Of a stretch of DNA of 64,000 nt, positions 37,835 to 46,973 are shown in pieces (the stretch's first letter is position 1; each line of letters begins with the position of its first letter). The position numbers and the translations under genes were made by a program. The stretch spans positions 24,549 through 88,548 of the forward strand of contig DATIMA010000172.1 in assembly GCA_035475915.1 (NCBI GenBank), given 5' to 3'. This stretch comes from Bryobacteraceae bacterium. Lineage in GTDB: Bacteria; Acidobacteriota; Terriglobia; Bryobacterales; Bryobacteraceae. The notes under the pieces were generated by a model. The model was not told the origin of the DNA and ran no database searches. It saw only the letters and a list, made by a program, of their open reading frames with translations.

Positions 37835-37902
37835 AATCGTTCTCCTTTTCATTTTGGCGCGCCCGGGGGCGGCCTCTGCAAACCATATTGGAGAAAGATT
37901 TG

Positions 37903-37919
37903 CCCGGAAGCACTCCGGG
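37903..37919 (-). terminator. Short hairpin after the threonine dehydratase gene
   Basis: cccgga / tccggg forms a 6-bp stem with a 5-nt loop, 9 nt downstream of the stop at 37928. It is followed on the minus strand by caaatctttct. Weak. Confidence 0.3.
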
Positions 37920-37927
37920 TCTTGCTC

Positions 37928-38944
37928 TCAAATTCGAAGCACCCGGGCAAATACGTCGCTATCCACGTTCGATCCGGTAAGGACTACGCCTATTCGCTTG
38001 CCGCGCATCGACTGATTCTCCTTTAAAAGGCCTGCAAAGGAGGCTGCTCCGGCGCCTTCGGCAACATTGTGAGTGTCCCGAAACAAAGTCCGCATCGCAT
38101 CCGCGATTTCGCCTTCCGAGACCTCCGCGATGCGCTCCACACCCTTTAGAATCAGCTCCAGAGCTTGCGGATCGGGCACAGAGCAGGCCAGGCCGTCGGC
38201 AAAATGCGTTTCGGCAGGATGGGTCACCGGCATTCGTTCGCGAAACGAAATGGCATAGGAGGGAGAGGCCGCCGCAACCACGCCAACAATGCGCGTCCGC
38301 ACATTGAGTGCCGCGCGGGCAGCCAGCATACCGCAGATGGATGAACCGAGCCCGATTGGAACGTATACGGTGTCCAGTTCCGGAGCGCCGCGCAGAAACT
38401 CCAGCGCATACGTGCCTGTGCCGCGCACCAGCAGCTCATGAAACGAAGGCACGCGATGATAGCCGCGTTCCCGTGCCAGCCCTTCCGAGAACTCGCTCGC
38501 GGACTGGAAATCGGGCCCGTGCTCGATCAGCTCGGCTCCCAACGCGCGCATCGCGGAGTTTTTTTCACGGCTGTTGCCAAACGGAACGACTATGACCGTT
38601 TTAAGGCCGTGGCGGTTCGCTGCGAACGCAACTGCCTGGCCATGGTTGCCGCGCGTTGCCGCGATAACCGTTTTCACCTGGGGCTGCGTTTCGGCCAGAG
38701 AATGCATGTAGACCAAAGCGCCGCGAATTTTGAACGCCCCGACAGGAGAGTGATTTTCGTGTTTCACCCACACTTCCGCGCCCGTGCGCACATTGATCAG
38801 CGGCCAGGTGTATTGCGGAGTTGGGCGCATGGCGGCACCTACAATTTCAGCGGCGCGCGTGAGGGAATCGAGCGAGGGTAGTTCCAATCGATATTTTAGC
38901 GGCTTGTGGCAGCATGATACGATCTGGTTCGCTTCTGCATGCAT
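37928..38944 (-). CDS. PLP-dependent threonine/serine dehydratase
   Basis: KHENHSPVGAFKIRGA (PLP Lys), ATRGNHGQAVA, GLGSSICG. The start is uncertain (ATG 38944, or TTG near 38887). Confidence 0.8.
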   Translation of the reverse strand: MHAEANQIVSCCHKPLKYRLELPSLDSLTRAAEIVGAAMRPTPQYTWPLINVRTGAEVWVKHENHSPVGAFKIRGALVYMHSLAETQPQVKTVIAATRGNHGQAVAFAANRHGLKTVIVVPFGNSREKNSAMRALGAELIEHGPDFQSASEFSEGLARERGYHRVPSFHELLVRGTGTYALEFLRGAPELDTVYVPIGLGSSICGMLAARAALNVRTRIVGVVAAASPSYAISFRERMPVTHPAETHFADGLACSVPDPQALELILKGVERIAEVSEGEIADAMRTLFRDTHNVAEGAGAASFAGLLKENQSMRGKRIGVVLTGSNVDSDVFARVLRI

Positions 38945-39799
38945 ACACTGGCAATTGATATTGGCGGTACGAAGTTAACGCTTGGGCTCTTTCAAGACGA
39001 CGTTCTGATAGAGCGCAGCAGTTGCGCAACCGACCGCGCCGGCGGTCCTGGCTGGATGGTGGATCAGATTGAAAGCATCGCGATGCCGTGGTCCCGCAGA
39101 AACCCGATTGGCGCGTGCGGCATTGGATTTGGAGGGCCGGTCGATTTCGGGCAGCAGCGCGTGATTTGCTCGACGCACGTTGAAGGTTGGACCGATTTTG
39201 ACCTGGTGGGCGCTGTTCGTGAGCGACTCGGAATAGAAGCCGTCATGGATCGCGACACGATGGTGGGAGCGTTGGGCGAGGGCTACTATGGCGCGGGCAT
39301 CGGCGCACGCCCGTTGTTCTACATGACCATTTCTACCGGAATTGGAGGGGGCCTGTTAACCGACACGGGGCTGTACCATGGCGCAGACTCATTCTCGTGC
39401 GAGATCGGCCATCACACCGTTCAGCCCGGCGGTCCGGAATGCCTTTGCAGCGCGCGCGGATGTCTGGAGCGGTTATGTTGCGGTCTATGGCTGGAACGCG
39501 ACCACGGCAAGCCCGCAAGCGAACTGCTACAGGATGCCGAATTCACAAGGGAGTATGTCAAGCCGTTAGCGCAAGGTCTGAAGAACTGCATCATGTTTCT
39601 GAATCCGGGACGCATCGTCATTGGAGGCGGCATCAGCAAGGCAGGTGACGCGCTTTTCCTACCGTTGCGCGAAGAATTGCAAAGACAACTAACGCCCTGG
39701 TCGCGTGCGCGAGTGGATGTCGTTCCGGCAAAGCTGGGAGACGATAGCGTGCTGTGGGGTGCGCTTATGCTGGCACAAACCATGAAGGCCGGGCGCTAA
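38939..39799 (+). CDS. ROK-family sugar kinase (glucokinase-like)
   Basis: LAIDIGGTKL ATP motif and the ROK zinc motif CLCSARGCLERLC. Confidence 0.8.
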   Translation: MHTLAIDIGGTKLTLGLFQDDVLIERSSCATDRAGGPGWMVDQIESIAMPWSRRNPIGACGIGFGGPVDFGQQRVICSTHVEGWTDFDLVGAVRERLGIEAVMDRDTMVGALGEGYYGAGIGARPLFYMTISTGIGGGLLTDTGLYHGADSFSCEIGHHTVQPGGPECLCSARGCLERLCCGLWLERDHGKPASELLQDAEFTREYVKPLAQGLKNCIMFLNPGRIVIGGGISKAGDALFLPLREELQRQLTPWSRARVDVVPAKLGDDSVLWGALMLAQTMKAGR

Positions 39800-41166
39800 T
39801 TTGAGGGCGCGGCCTCCAGATATTTCAACCGCGCGAACTGCTCTTTCGCGAGTCCTGGTTTCCCCAACTTTTGATAAAGCCTCGCGAGTTGATAGTACGG
39901 ACCGGACTCCAGTGGACGCAGTTCAATCGAGCGGTTCAGCGCCGCGACAGCTTCCTTGTACTTGTTGGTCGCGATATACACCTTTCCACGCAGGTAAAAC
40001 ACATCGGGATCGGCAGGCGCAAGTTTCTCCGCCTGGGCCAGCTCTTCCAGTACCTTCGGATAATCAACCGTGCTGCCGTTCAGCATGGCACGCGCCAGCA
40101 GAACGTGGATCATCGGATAATCCGGCTTACGTGATGCGAGATCGCGGAGCGCTTGGACCTCTTGAGCGGAATTTCCCATTTTGCGCGAAGCATCGGCGAT
40201 GCTGAGGTAGGCTTGATCGGCATCGGGCGAACGCCGCAACAGTTCGCGCAGAAGATCGATTCCATCCTGATGCTGTTCGGTTCGGATCAGATCGGATCCG
40301 AGCGGCAAGAGGAAAGCGGTCGAAGCCGGCACATTCGCGCGGCCTTGCTTCAGCACAGCAACCGCATCGGCATATCGTTGCGCTTGTTCAAACAAATCAG
40401 CTAAGGCGAGGTAGGAGTTCTCGCGCGACGGATCGAGCCGGATTGCCTCCTGCAAATGATGGATGGCCTCATCGCGCTGTCCGATGCTTTCGTAGCTGAG
40501 CCCGGCCACACCCGCGGCGGAGGCGCGCAACGCTTGCGACAGCTCCGTTCGACGCTCCACCGCTTCGGCGTTGCGAATTGCATCGTCATCCGCCCCGGCG
40601 GCGTTTTCCAGGATTGCAAGCTGCGCTTTTGAATCCGGATCGGCACTGCCGGCTTGTTGCGCGCGAAGCGATTCGGCAAGCGCTAAAGTCACCAGCTTTT
40701 TCTCCGCCAGGAAGCGAGCGAGCAATGCATGCAACTGGGCGTCTCGCGGAAATCGCGCGGCTTCTTCCCGAAGATCGGCTTTCAACGCATCCACATCGTT
40801 CAGGGAGAAGTCGATTCGCACCTCCATGGCCAACGGCAGAGGGCTGGTCGGCTGGATGTGATCGGCTTTGCGCAGTGACTCGCGCGCATTCAGGAAATCT
40901 CCCGATGCAGCTTGTGCGACTCCAAGTCCGTAAAGCCCGCGCGGGCTCTCCGGAGCCAGACAGGTTGCCTCGCGGTACAGATCGACGGCCTCAGTAAAGC
41001 GCTTCTGTTGCATGGCGGTCTGGGCGCGCGCGTCCAGATCGTGGAATCGGGATAATCTCTCCTGCGGATTCAAATCAGGATGCGCGCAATCCTGGCCGAA
41101 GAGGGCTCCGGCCAGCAACAAGCTAGCGCACGCTGCAATGAATCGGCACGCACCAATTAAGCTCAT
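39796..41166 (-). CDS. Tetratricopeptide-repeat protein (secreted or membrane-anchored)
   Basis: Hydrophobic N-terminus followed by many 34-residue A/Y/L TPR-like repeats (e.g. AVDLYREATCLAPESPRGLYGLGVAQ). The start is uncertain (41166 or 41229), and either overlaps the upstream gene end. Confidence 0.7.
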   Translation of the reverse strand: MSLIGACRFIAACASLLLAGALFGQDCAHPDLNPQERLSRFHDLDARAQTAMQQKRFTEAVDLYREATCLAPESPRGLYGLGVAQAASGDFLNARESLRKADHIQPTSPLPLAMEVRIDFSLNDVDALKADLREEAARFPRDAQLHALLARFLAEKKLVTLALAESLRAQQAGSADPDSKAQLAILENAAGADDDAIRNAEAVERRTELSQALRASAAGVAGLSYESIGQRDEAIHHLQEAIRLDPSRENSYLALADLFEQAQRYADAVAVLKQGRANVPASTAFLLPLGSDLIRTEQHQDGIDLLRELLRRSPDADQAYLSIADASRKMGNSAQEVQALRDLASRKPDYPMIHVLLARAMLNGSTVDYPKVLEELAQAEKLAPADPDVFYLRGKVYIATNKYKEAVAALNRSIELRPLESGPYYQLARLYQKLGKPGLAKEQFARLKYLEAAPSN

Positions 41167-42184
41167 AACCGTCCTTGCGAGCCGGATCGCGCTGCAGCGG
41201 CTGCTGATTACCCGCGTGGTCGGCCGCACGGCTCATCACAACGTACTCGCCCGGCGTGGCATTCCATTGATATTCCCAACGAACCCAGCTATCAGGGCCC
41301 GCCTGCTTCTGGAGTCCCGCGAGATTCCAGGTTCTTCCCGCATCCACGCTGACGGATACGTCGCGAATCGCAGCAGCGCCGCTCCAGGCAAAGCCCCAAA
41401 CAGAATACCGGCCCTTCGGGAGCTTCAATCCATCATTCGGCCAAGCCACAGACGACTTTACCCGGACCGACGAAACGCGCGTCACTTGGACGTCGTTCCC
41501 CGTGCGCTTCGCGCGATTGTACAGCCGGTCCATCCCGCTCTGATGAAATCCAGATTGCTGATCTTGTGCGCTCATGACCACAATCCGGCGCAGCCACTTC
41601 ACGGAATCCATGCCGTACCACCCTGGAAACAGAGCTCGGGCCGGGAAACCGTGGCGCTTCGGCAACAAAAGATCATTCAGCTTGAAAGCAATCAAGCTGG
41701 ACGGTTCCATGCAGCGTTCGAGCGGAACCATCTGCGAATAGGGCAGCGAAGAACAATCTTCAAACAGGCGGCCGGAATCCGCGGCTTCGAGCATCACAAA
41801 TCGTGCGTCTGGCAACGGTTGCGCGCGGTGCAGTAAAGCTGGAAGTGGTACTCCCTCCCAAACTCCGTTGCTGACCGCCGAGCCATTGGCGGCGTTTCCG
41901 GCGCACTCCAACACCGCCTCGATCTTCTTGCTCGGCAGCTCCACCAAATCACTAAAGCTCAGTTCATACGGTTTCGCAATGCGTCCCTCAATGCGAACGT
42001 TCCAGGTCTCGACGGAAATCTCCGGTTGATTGAAATGATCCCGGACGAAAAAGAGATTCGGCGGAGTCACCGAACCGTCAAGTGTTCGGAGCGGAAAAGA
42101 GAGATTTTGCGGGCCCGTCGTTGCGAACACCGGTCGCGTTAGCAGGCCGGCCCCAGAAAGCCAAAGTAATTCTCGTCTGGTCAC
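41123..42184 (-). CDS. Tat-exported molybdopterin oxidoreductase of the sulfite-oxidase (SUOX) fold
   Basis: Tat motif MTRRELLWLSGAG. FFVRDHF...W.VRIEG...LECAGN (Mo-ligand Cys context), followed by a C-terminal Ig-like dimerisation domain. Confidence 0.8.
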   Translation of the reverse strand: MTRRELLWLSGAGLLTRPVFATTGPQNLSFPLRTLDGSVTPPNLFFVRDHFNQPEISVETWNVRIEGRIAKPYELSFSDLVELPSKKIEAVLECAGNAANGSAVSNGVWEGVPLPALLHRAQPLPDARFVMLEAADSGRLFEDCSSLPYSQMVPLERCMEPSSLIAFKLNDLLLPKRHGFPARALFPGWYGMDSVKWLRRIVVMSAQDQQSGFHQSGMDRLYNRAKRTGNDVQVTRVSSVRVKSSVAWPNDGLKLPKGRYSVWGFAWSGAAAIRDVSVSVDAGRTWNLAGLQKQAGPDSWVRWEYQWNATPGEYVVMSRAADHAGNQQPLQRDPARKDGYELNWCVPIHCSVR

Positions 42185-42207
42185 TAAAACATCAGTGTAA
42201 GCGGCGG

Positions 42208-43611
42208 TTACGCCCGGTCAATCTCTTCAGCGGCACGGTTCGCCGATTCCAGCGCTGCCTCCTGGCCCCAGTTCATCTGGGCGGCATATGCGCCAGCGAA
42301 ATGAATGCGGCCAACGGGACGTGTGACTTCCGGCCAAAACCGCGCCAGCTCGCCGAGTTTGTAGGGAATGCGCTCGCACATGCCGGCCCACGGGTCCTTC
42401 GACCAGTCATGCACAAGCGCCTGCTCAATGTCCGCCGATTTTCCAGGGTAAAGCTTGAGAAAAGCAGAAAGGGCCTCGGGAGCCGTCACGCCCGCTTGCG
42501 CACCGCCCAGAAGAATGCCTCGCGGCGTTTTCACCTCGTCCGCCATGCTCCAAAGTTCACTCAGACGTGGATCCGGAGGCGCCCAGTTCGGACTGACTCC
42601 GTCCATCTCCCAGAAACGAGTTCTTGATTGAAAGACGATTCGGGTGCGCGTGTAATACGGCATTTGTTGTATGACGAACTGCTTGGATTCCGACCACGCT
42701 GGAGTTACCGGAAGCTGCCGCAGCATGACGAGAGAAATGCAACTCACCAGGTAATCGGCATCCCGCGTCCGTTCCTTCCCGAATTCCCGATAAGTAACCG
42801 TGACGCCTGACGCACCGTGCGTAATGGCGGTAACCGGGCAGCCTAAATGCACCTTCTCGCCCAGCCGCGCCGCGAACGCGTCGGTCATCAATTGGTTGCC
42901 GCCCTTCAACCGGAACAGCTTCTTGGTTTCAAACTCTGTACCGCGTATCGTCTTGATGGCGGCCGCCCATATCATCTGCAGGGCCGATCCCGAGCCTCCA
43001 AAGTGCTGCACCGCCGCAGACGAGGCGCCAGAACGCTTCAACAAATCGGAAACGGTAATTTGGTCTAATTCGCCGAGCCCACCGGCAAACGGATCTGTCT
43101 CATCCTGAACGCGGTCTACATATTTCTCTAAGTAGAGAAACGGCAGCTCCGGCCAAGGGTGGCCAACAAGGAAGTCGATCTCGCGCTGGTTGAACCCGAA
43201 CTTGCTAAGGACATCCCGGCTGTGCAGATCATCTTCGCTTAACGGCTTGCCGTTCACAAAGCGAATAAGATGATCGCGCCGGTGATACGGAATGGCAGTA
43301 AGCTCAAAGTCGTGTAAATAGCGCCAATATTGGGTGTATCCCGGATAGTAGAAGTGTTCCGCTCCGATATCGGCGTACAGCCCATCTGCGAACGGATCAT
43401 GCCAGGTTTTGACGTGGCCTCCGGGGCGGCCGCTTGCTTCGAGCACTGTGACGTCATGCCCGCGCCTGGTCAGTTCGTACGCACTACAGAGACCCGAAAT
43501 TCCAGCACCGATGACAACTACGCTTCTCTTTGTCCCGGCAGTCTGGCCGGCGTTTGCCATCGGGAGCAAGCTGCCGGCTAACCCGGCCTTTAGAACGTCA
43601 CGGCGATTCAT
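42208..43611 (-). CDS. Tat-signal flavin-dependent amine oxidase
   Basis: MNRRDVLKAGLAG, then FAD motif VVVIGAGISGLCSAYEL..GHDVTVLEASGRPGGHV and C-terminal HFAGAY. Confidence 0.8.
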   Translation of the reverse strand: MNRRDVLKAGLAGSLLPMANAGQTAGTKRSVVVIGAGISGLCSAYELTRRGHDVTVLEASGRPGGHVKTWHDPFADGLYADIGAEHFYYPGYTQYWRYLHDFELTAIPYHRRDHLIRFVNGKPLSEDDLHSRDVLSKFGFNQREIDFLVGHPWPELPFLYLEKYVDRVQDETDPFAGGLGELDQITVSDLLKRSGASSAAVQHFGGSGSALQMIWAAAIKTIRGTEFETKKLFRLKGGNQLMTDAFAARLGEKVHLGCPVTAITHGASGVTVTYREFGKERTRDADYLVSCISLVMLRQLPVTPAWSESKQFVIQQMPYYTRTRIVFQSRTRFWEMDGVSPNWAPPDPRLSELWSMADEVKTPRGILLGGAQAGVTAPEALSAFLKLYPGKSADIEQALVHDWSKDPWAGMCERIPYKLGELARFWPEVTRPVGRIHFAGAYAAQMNWGQEAALESANRAAEEIDRA

Positions 43612-43646
43612 GGTGCTGAATGAATCGGACGGGGCATGCCCGATGT

Positions 43647-46600
43647 CTAGAAAACAAGCTTGAGCGCCCCCTGAATGATACGCGGATCGCGCGCGCTGGT
43701 TATCTGGCCGAACGTGCTGTCCGACAAAGTCGTATCCGGGTTATTGAATTGCGCGTGATTTAAGAAATTGAAGAATTCAGCTCTGAACTGCAGCTTCAAT
43801 CGCTCGCCAATGGGAAAGACTTTATGCGCCGAGAAATCGATGTTGAATGTTCCCGGCCCAATCAGGATATTCCGCCCGGCATTACCGAAGCTGTTGGGCT
43901 GCGGCGCTCCGAAGGCGCTCGTCGTAAACCACTGGGCAAGCTTAGCATCCGTCGATCCGTGCGTGTAGTGAGGCGGCGCCACCACCTCGGCCTGATCATT
44001 GCCGACTTCAGGAAGGCTGTACGAGTAATCGCCGCCAGACGTGATGTTCAACGGAAATCCGCTTTGCCAGTTCACGATGGCCGACGTTTCCCAACCACCG
44101 AACAGCGCGCGCTCCAGACCTTCCTTCGGCGAGGGAAGCTGCCAGAGATAGTTCAATACAAACCGCTGCGGAACGTTGAAATCGGAAACTCCCCGATATG
44201 CGCGGATATCGTACGGATTGATGATGTTGATCCCGCACAGATCCGTCTGATAAGACACCTCGTCAATGCTTCTGCTCCAGGTGTAATTTGCGCTGACGGT
44301 TACGCCGTGCGTAAAGCGCTTGTCCACCTCGACCTGCAAGGAGTTGTAGCTGGAATTTCCGTTGGAGGAGTCCTGGGTAATTTGCTGAAACTGTTGATAA
44401 GGACGCCTGGCATCCTCGTTATCACTGGTTGCATCGGGGCTCGGCAGCGGGGCATTCACGTCGGTGTTATAGGCCAGGTGGGTCCCCTTTGAAGCGACGT
44501 AACCCACACGAAGCAGAACATTGTTCGTCAGTTGCTGTTCCAATGTTAAGTTCCAATTCATCACGTTGGACGGATGCCAGTTCGGCTGATAGGAGACGGC
44601 CAGCGACAAGGGATTGGGAAACGCGACATCGCGCGGTGGAACAAATGGCGCGAACTGTGCTGGGAATGGATTCACGCGGCTACCGTACGGATTCATAAAC
44701 GAAGTCCGCAGAATCTGATATTGCGGGCTCCACGGCGGACTGTCCACCATGTTGTTGAAGGCCTCCACAAATGGCGGCTGATAGAAACTGCCCCATCCGC
44801 CGCGAATGGTGGTGCGCCCTTTTCCTCCGACGTTATAGGCAAAGCCGAAGCGCGGCGCAAGCAGCCACCAACTGGATTCGAACCCGCCCGCCGGACAACC
44901 CGGATCACCGGCGAAGAGATAGCCGGTTGGAGAATTCGGAAATTTCTGCGACTGCACGCCGGGCCGGAAGCACTCCGTTCGGCCGAGCGAGTCACCGTAC
45001 GGAATGAACGGGTCCCACCGCAGCCCGAGGTTCAGGACCAGTTCCCTATTGACGCGGTAATTGTCCTGAAAGAAAAGCGCCCCCAGGTTGGCCTGGCGCT
45101 CCGCGAACTCGCCGCCACCCTGGATGAATTTCCGCACATCACCCAGAAAGAAATCGGAAAGCGGGTCACCGCTGAGATTGGTGGTTTGGAACGTGAAGCC
45201 GGCGTTTTGCCGGAAGGTGTTGATCAGTTCAACATGTTCACGCAGGAAATCGCCGCCGATAGCCATTTCGTGAGCGCCGCGCACCCAATGAAGACTGTCG
45301 GAAATGTGGTAGTCATGGCGATTGGCTTCTGTGGGGTGACCCGAGCTAATTGTGAAGTAGCCGGACACCGAAAGCGACAGTTCCGGCGGCGTGGTGCTCG
45401 CGATGGGGATTCCTAGGCTGGTCCAACTGAATGGCGCGCCGGAAACCACTGTGCCATTATTCCGGTTATACGAGAAGATGAAGCTGTTCAGCAGGTTGGG
45501 ACTGAAGTTGAAGGTATCGCCAACCGCGGCTCCCTGATCGAAAAGGTCGAGTCCGCGATTGGAGGTGATTATATTTTGGCTCCCGATGACCGGATCTCTT
45601 CCATAGCGCGAATAGAAGTAACGCCCGTAAATGCGGTTCTTGTTCAGATCGTAATCAACGCGAGTCAGAAACTGGTTTTCGTGCTCGTTCACGGGAAGGA
45701 TGTAATGAATCACGCCGCTGGAGTCAGTGGCTTGCGGAATCAGCGCTAACAACTTTACGCTGGCCGGCGCATAATCACTGACTGGAATCTGGTTATTGGC
45801 GAACGGAACGCCGGTCGAAGGGTTTACAAGCTGGCGATCGATGGACGAAAAATCTCCGGCACGCTGGGCTGCCGTGGGCACCGTAGCAGAGTTGCCGCCT
45901 GTAACGTTACGAGATTGCGTGCCCTGGTAAGACCCAAAGAAAAACAGCTTGTTTCTGATGATCGGGCCGCCGATGCTTCCCCCGAACTGGTTACGCTTGA
46001 GTTGATCGGGTTCAGCGGCAAAGAAGTTTCGCGCGTTCAAATCGCCATTGCGCAAGAAATCGAAAGCCGACCCGTGAAACTCGTTCGTGCCTGATTTCGT
46101 GACAACATTCACGATAGCTCCCGAGCCGCGTCCATATTCGGCGCTAAAGCTGTTGGTCTGGACACTGAATTCTTCCAGCGCGTCGGGATTCGGAAACGGG
46201 TTGTTCACGTTCGTGTAAGGATCTTGATTACTTCCACCGTCCAGATTGTAGTTGACCATGTCGGTTCGGGCTCCGTTTGCACTGACGGACTGCGCGCCGG
46301 GATAGGAAGTGCTCTGAATGGTATCCGAACAGGCACTGAAATTGCTCACATGGGTATCGGCGGTTCCTGGCGTAAGCAGGATCAGCGTAGCCGCATTCCG
46401 GCCGTTCAATGGCAGCTCGACAATCTTCTGCTGGCCCACTACCTGGCTCAGAGCTCCCGATTGGGTCTGCACCATTTGGGCGTTCGCTTCAACCGTTACT
46501 GATTGCGTGGCGCTACCGATCTGCAGACTAACGGGGACAGTCGAGGATTGATCTGTCTTTACCTCAACTCCCCGCTGCTCAAAATGGCGGAAACCTTGTG

Positions 46601-46835
46601 CCTCGACAGCGACGCTATAAAAACCGACCGGAAGGAGTGGAAAGACATAGCCGCCATCGCTCGCCGTGATTGTGTCGCGCGTAAACCCAGTATTGATGTT
46701 CGTTACCGTCACCTTTGCTCCGGCAATCGCCGCACCGCTGGGGTCGGAAACATTTCCGGCAATGGTTCCGGTGGGATCGGCACCCCAGAGCGCTGAAGAC
46801 AGGGCAAGCAGCAAGGAAAGCAGTGCGAGACGCAT
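43647..46835 (-). CDS. TonB-dependent receptor with N-terminal carboxypeptidase-regulatory-like domain
   Basis: 1062 aa with a signal peptide. GTIAGNVSDPSGAAIAGAKVTVTNINTGFTRDTITASDGGYVF is the CarboxypepD_reg pattern. A plug-like segment and a long beta-barrel follow, ending KLVF. Confidence 0.85.
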   Translation of the reverse strand: MRLALLSLLLALSSALWGADPTGTIAGNVSDPSGAAIAGAKVTVTNINTGFTRDTITASDGGYVFPLLPVGFYSVAVEAQGFRHFEQRGVEVKTDQSSTVPVSLQIGSATQSVTVEANAQMVQTQSGALSQVVGQQKIVELPLNGRNAATLILLTPGTADTHVSNFSACSDTIQSTSYPGAQSVSANGARTDMVNYNLDGGSNQDPYTNVNNPFPNPDALEEFSVQTNSFSAEYGRGSGAIVNVVTKSGTNEFHGSAFDFLRNGDLNARNFFAAEPDQLKRNQFGGSIGGPIIRNKLFFFGSYQGTQSRNVTGGNSATVPTAAQRAGDFSSIDRQLVNPSTGVPFANNQIPVSDYAPASVKLLALIPQATDSSGVIHYILPVNEHENQFLTRVDYDLNKNRIYGRYFYSRYGRDPVIGSQNIITSNRGLDLFDQGAAVGDTFNFSPNLLNSFIFSYNRNNGTVVSGAPFSWTSLGIPIASTTPPELSLSVSGYFTISSGHPTEANRHDYHISDSLHWVRGAHEMAIGGDFLREHVELINTFRQNAGFTFQTTNLSGDPLSDFFLGDVRKFIQGGGEFAERQANLGALFFQDNYRVNRELVLNLGLRWDPFIPYGDSLGRTECFRPGVQSQKFPNSPTGYLFAGDPGCPAGGFESSWWLLAPRFGFAYNVGGKGRTTIRGGWGSFYQPPFVEAFNNMVDSPPWSPQYQILRTSFMNPYGSRVNPFPAQFAPFVPPRDVAFPNPLSLAVSYQPNWHPSNVMNWNLTLEQQLTNNVLLRVGYVASKGTHLAYNTDVNAPLPSPDATSDNEDARRPYQQFQQITQDSSNGNSSYNSLQVEVDKRFTHGVTVSANYTWSRSIDEVSYQTDLCGINIINPYDIRAYRGVSDFNVPQRFVLNYLWQLPSPKEGLERALFGGWETSAIVNWQSGFPLNITSGGDYSYSLPEVGNDQAEVVAPPHYTHGSTDAKLAQWFTTSAFGAPQPNSFGNAGRNILIGPGTFNIDFSAHKVFPIGERLKLQFRAEFFNFLNHAQFNNPDTTLSDSTFGQITSARDPRIIQGALKLVF

Positions 46836-46957
46836 CGGACGAAACTCCTTCCACCTACGGGTTTAGATCAGTTTCGACGGAATCTATTGGAATGTCAAGA
46901 GTATTTCAGAAAGATTTTTCGCCGGTAAGAAATTTTTCTTTATGAGGGCGTTCGGCC

Positions 46958-46967
46958 TGTGTATAAT
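46958..46967 (+). promoter_or_regulatory. Candidate extended -10 promoter element (TGTGTATAAT)
   Basis: A perfect TATAAT (46962-46967) is preceded by TGTG. The ATG at 46974 lies 6 nt downstream of the hexamer, suggesting a leaderless or near-leaderless transcript. Confidence 0.35.
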
Positions 46968-46973
46968 CTCTGC

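Noticed and set aside
37835-37927. A search for an E. coli-type Ada box (AAA..AAAGCGCA) upstream of ada.
   Set aside because: Only a loose gcgccaaaatgaaaa was found, which overlaps the alternative start and Shine-Dalgarno region. It is not convincing, and the operator consensus in this phylum is unknown.
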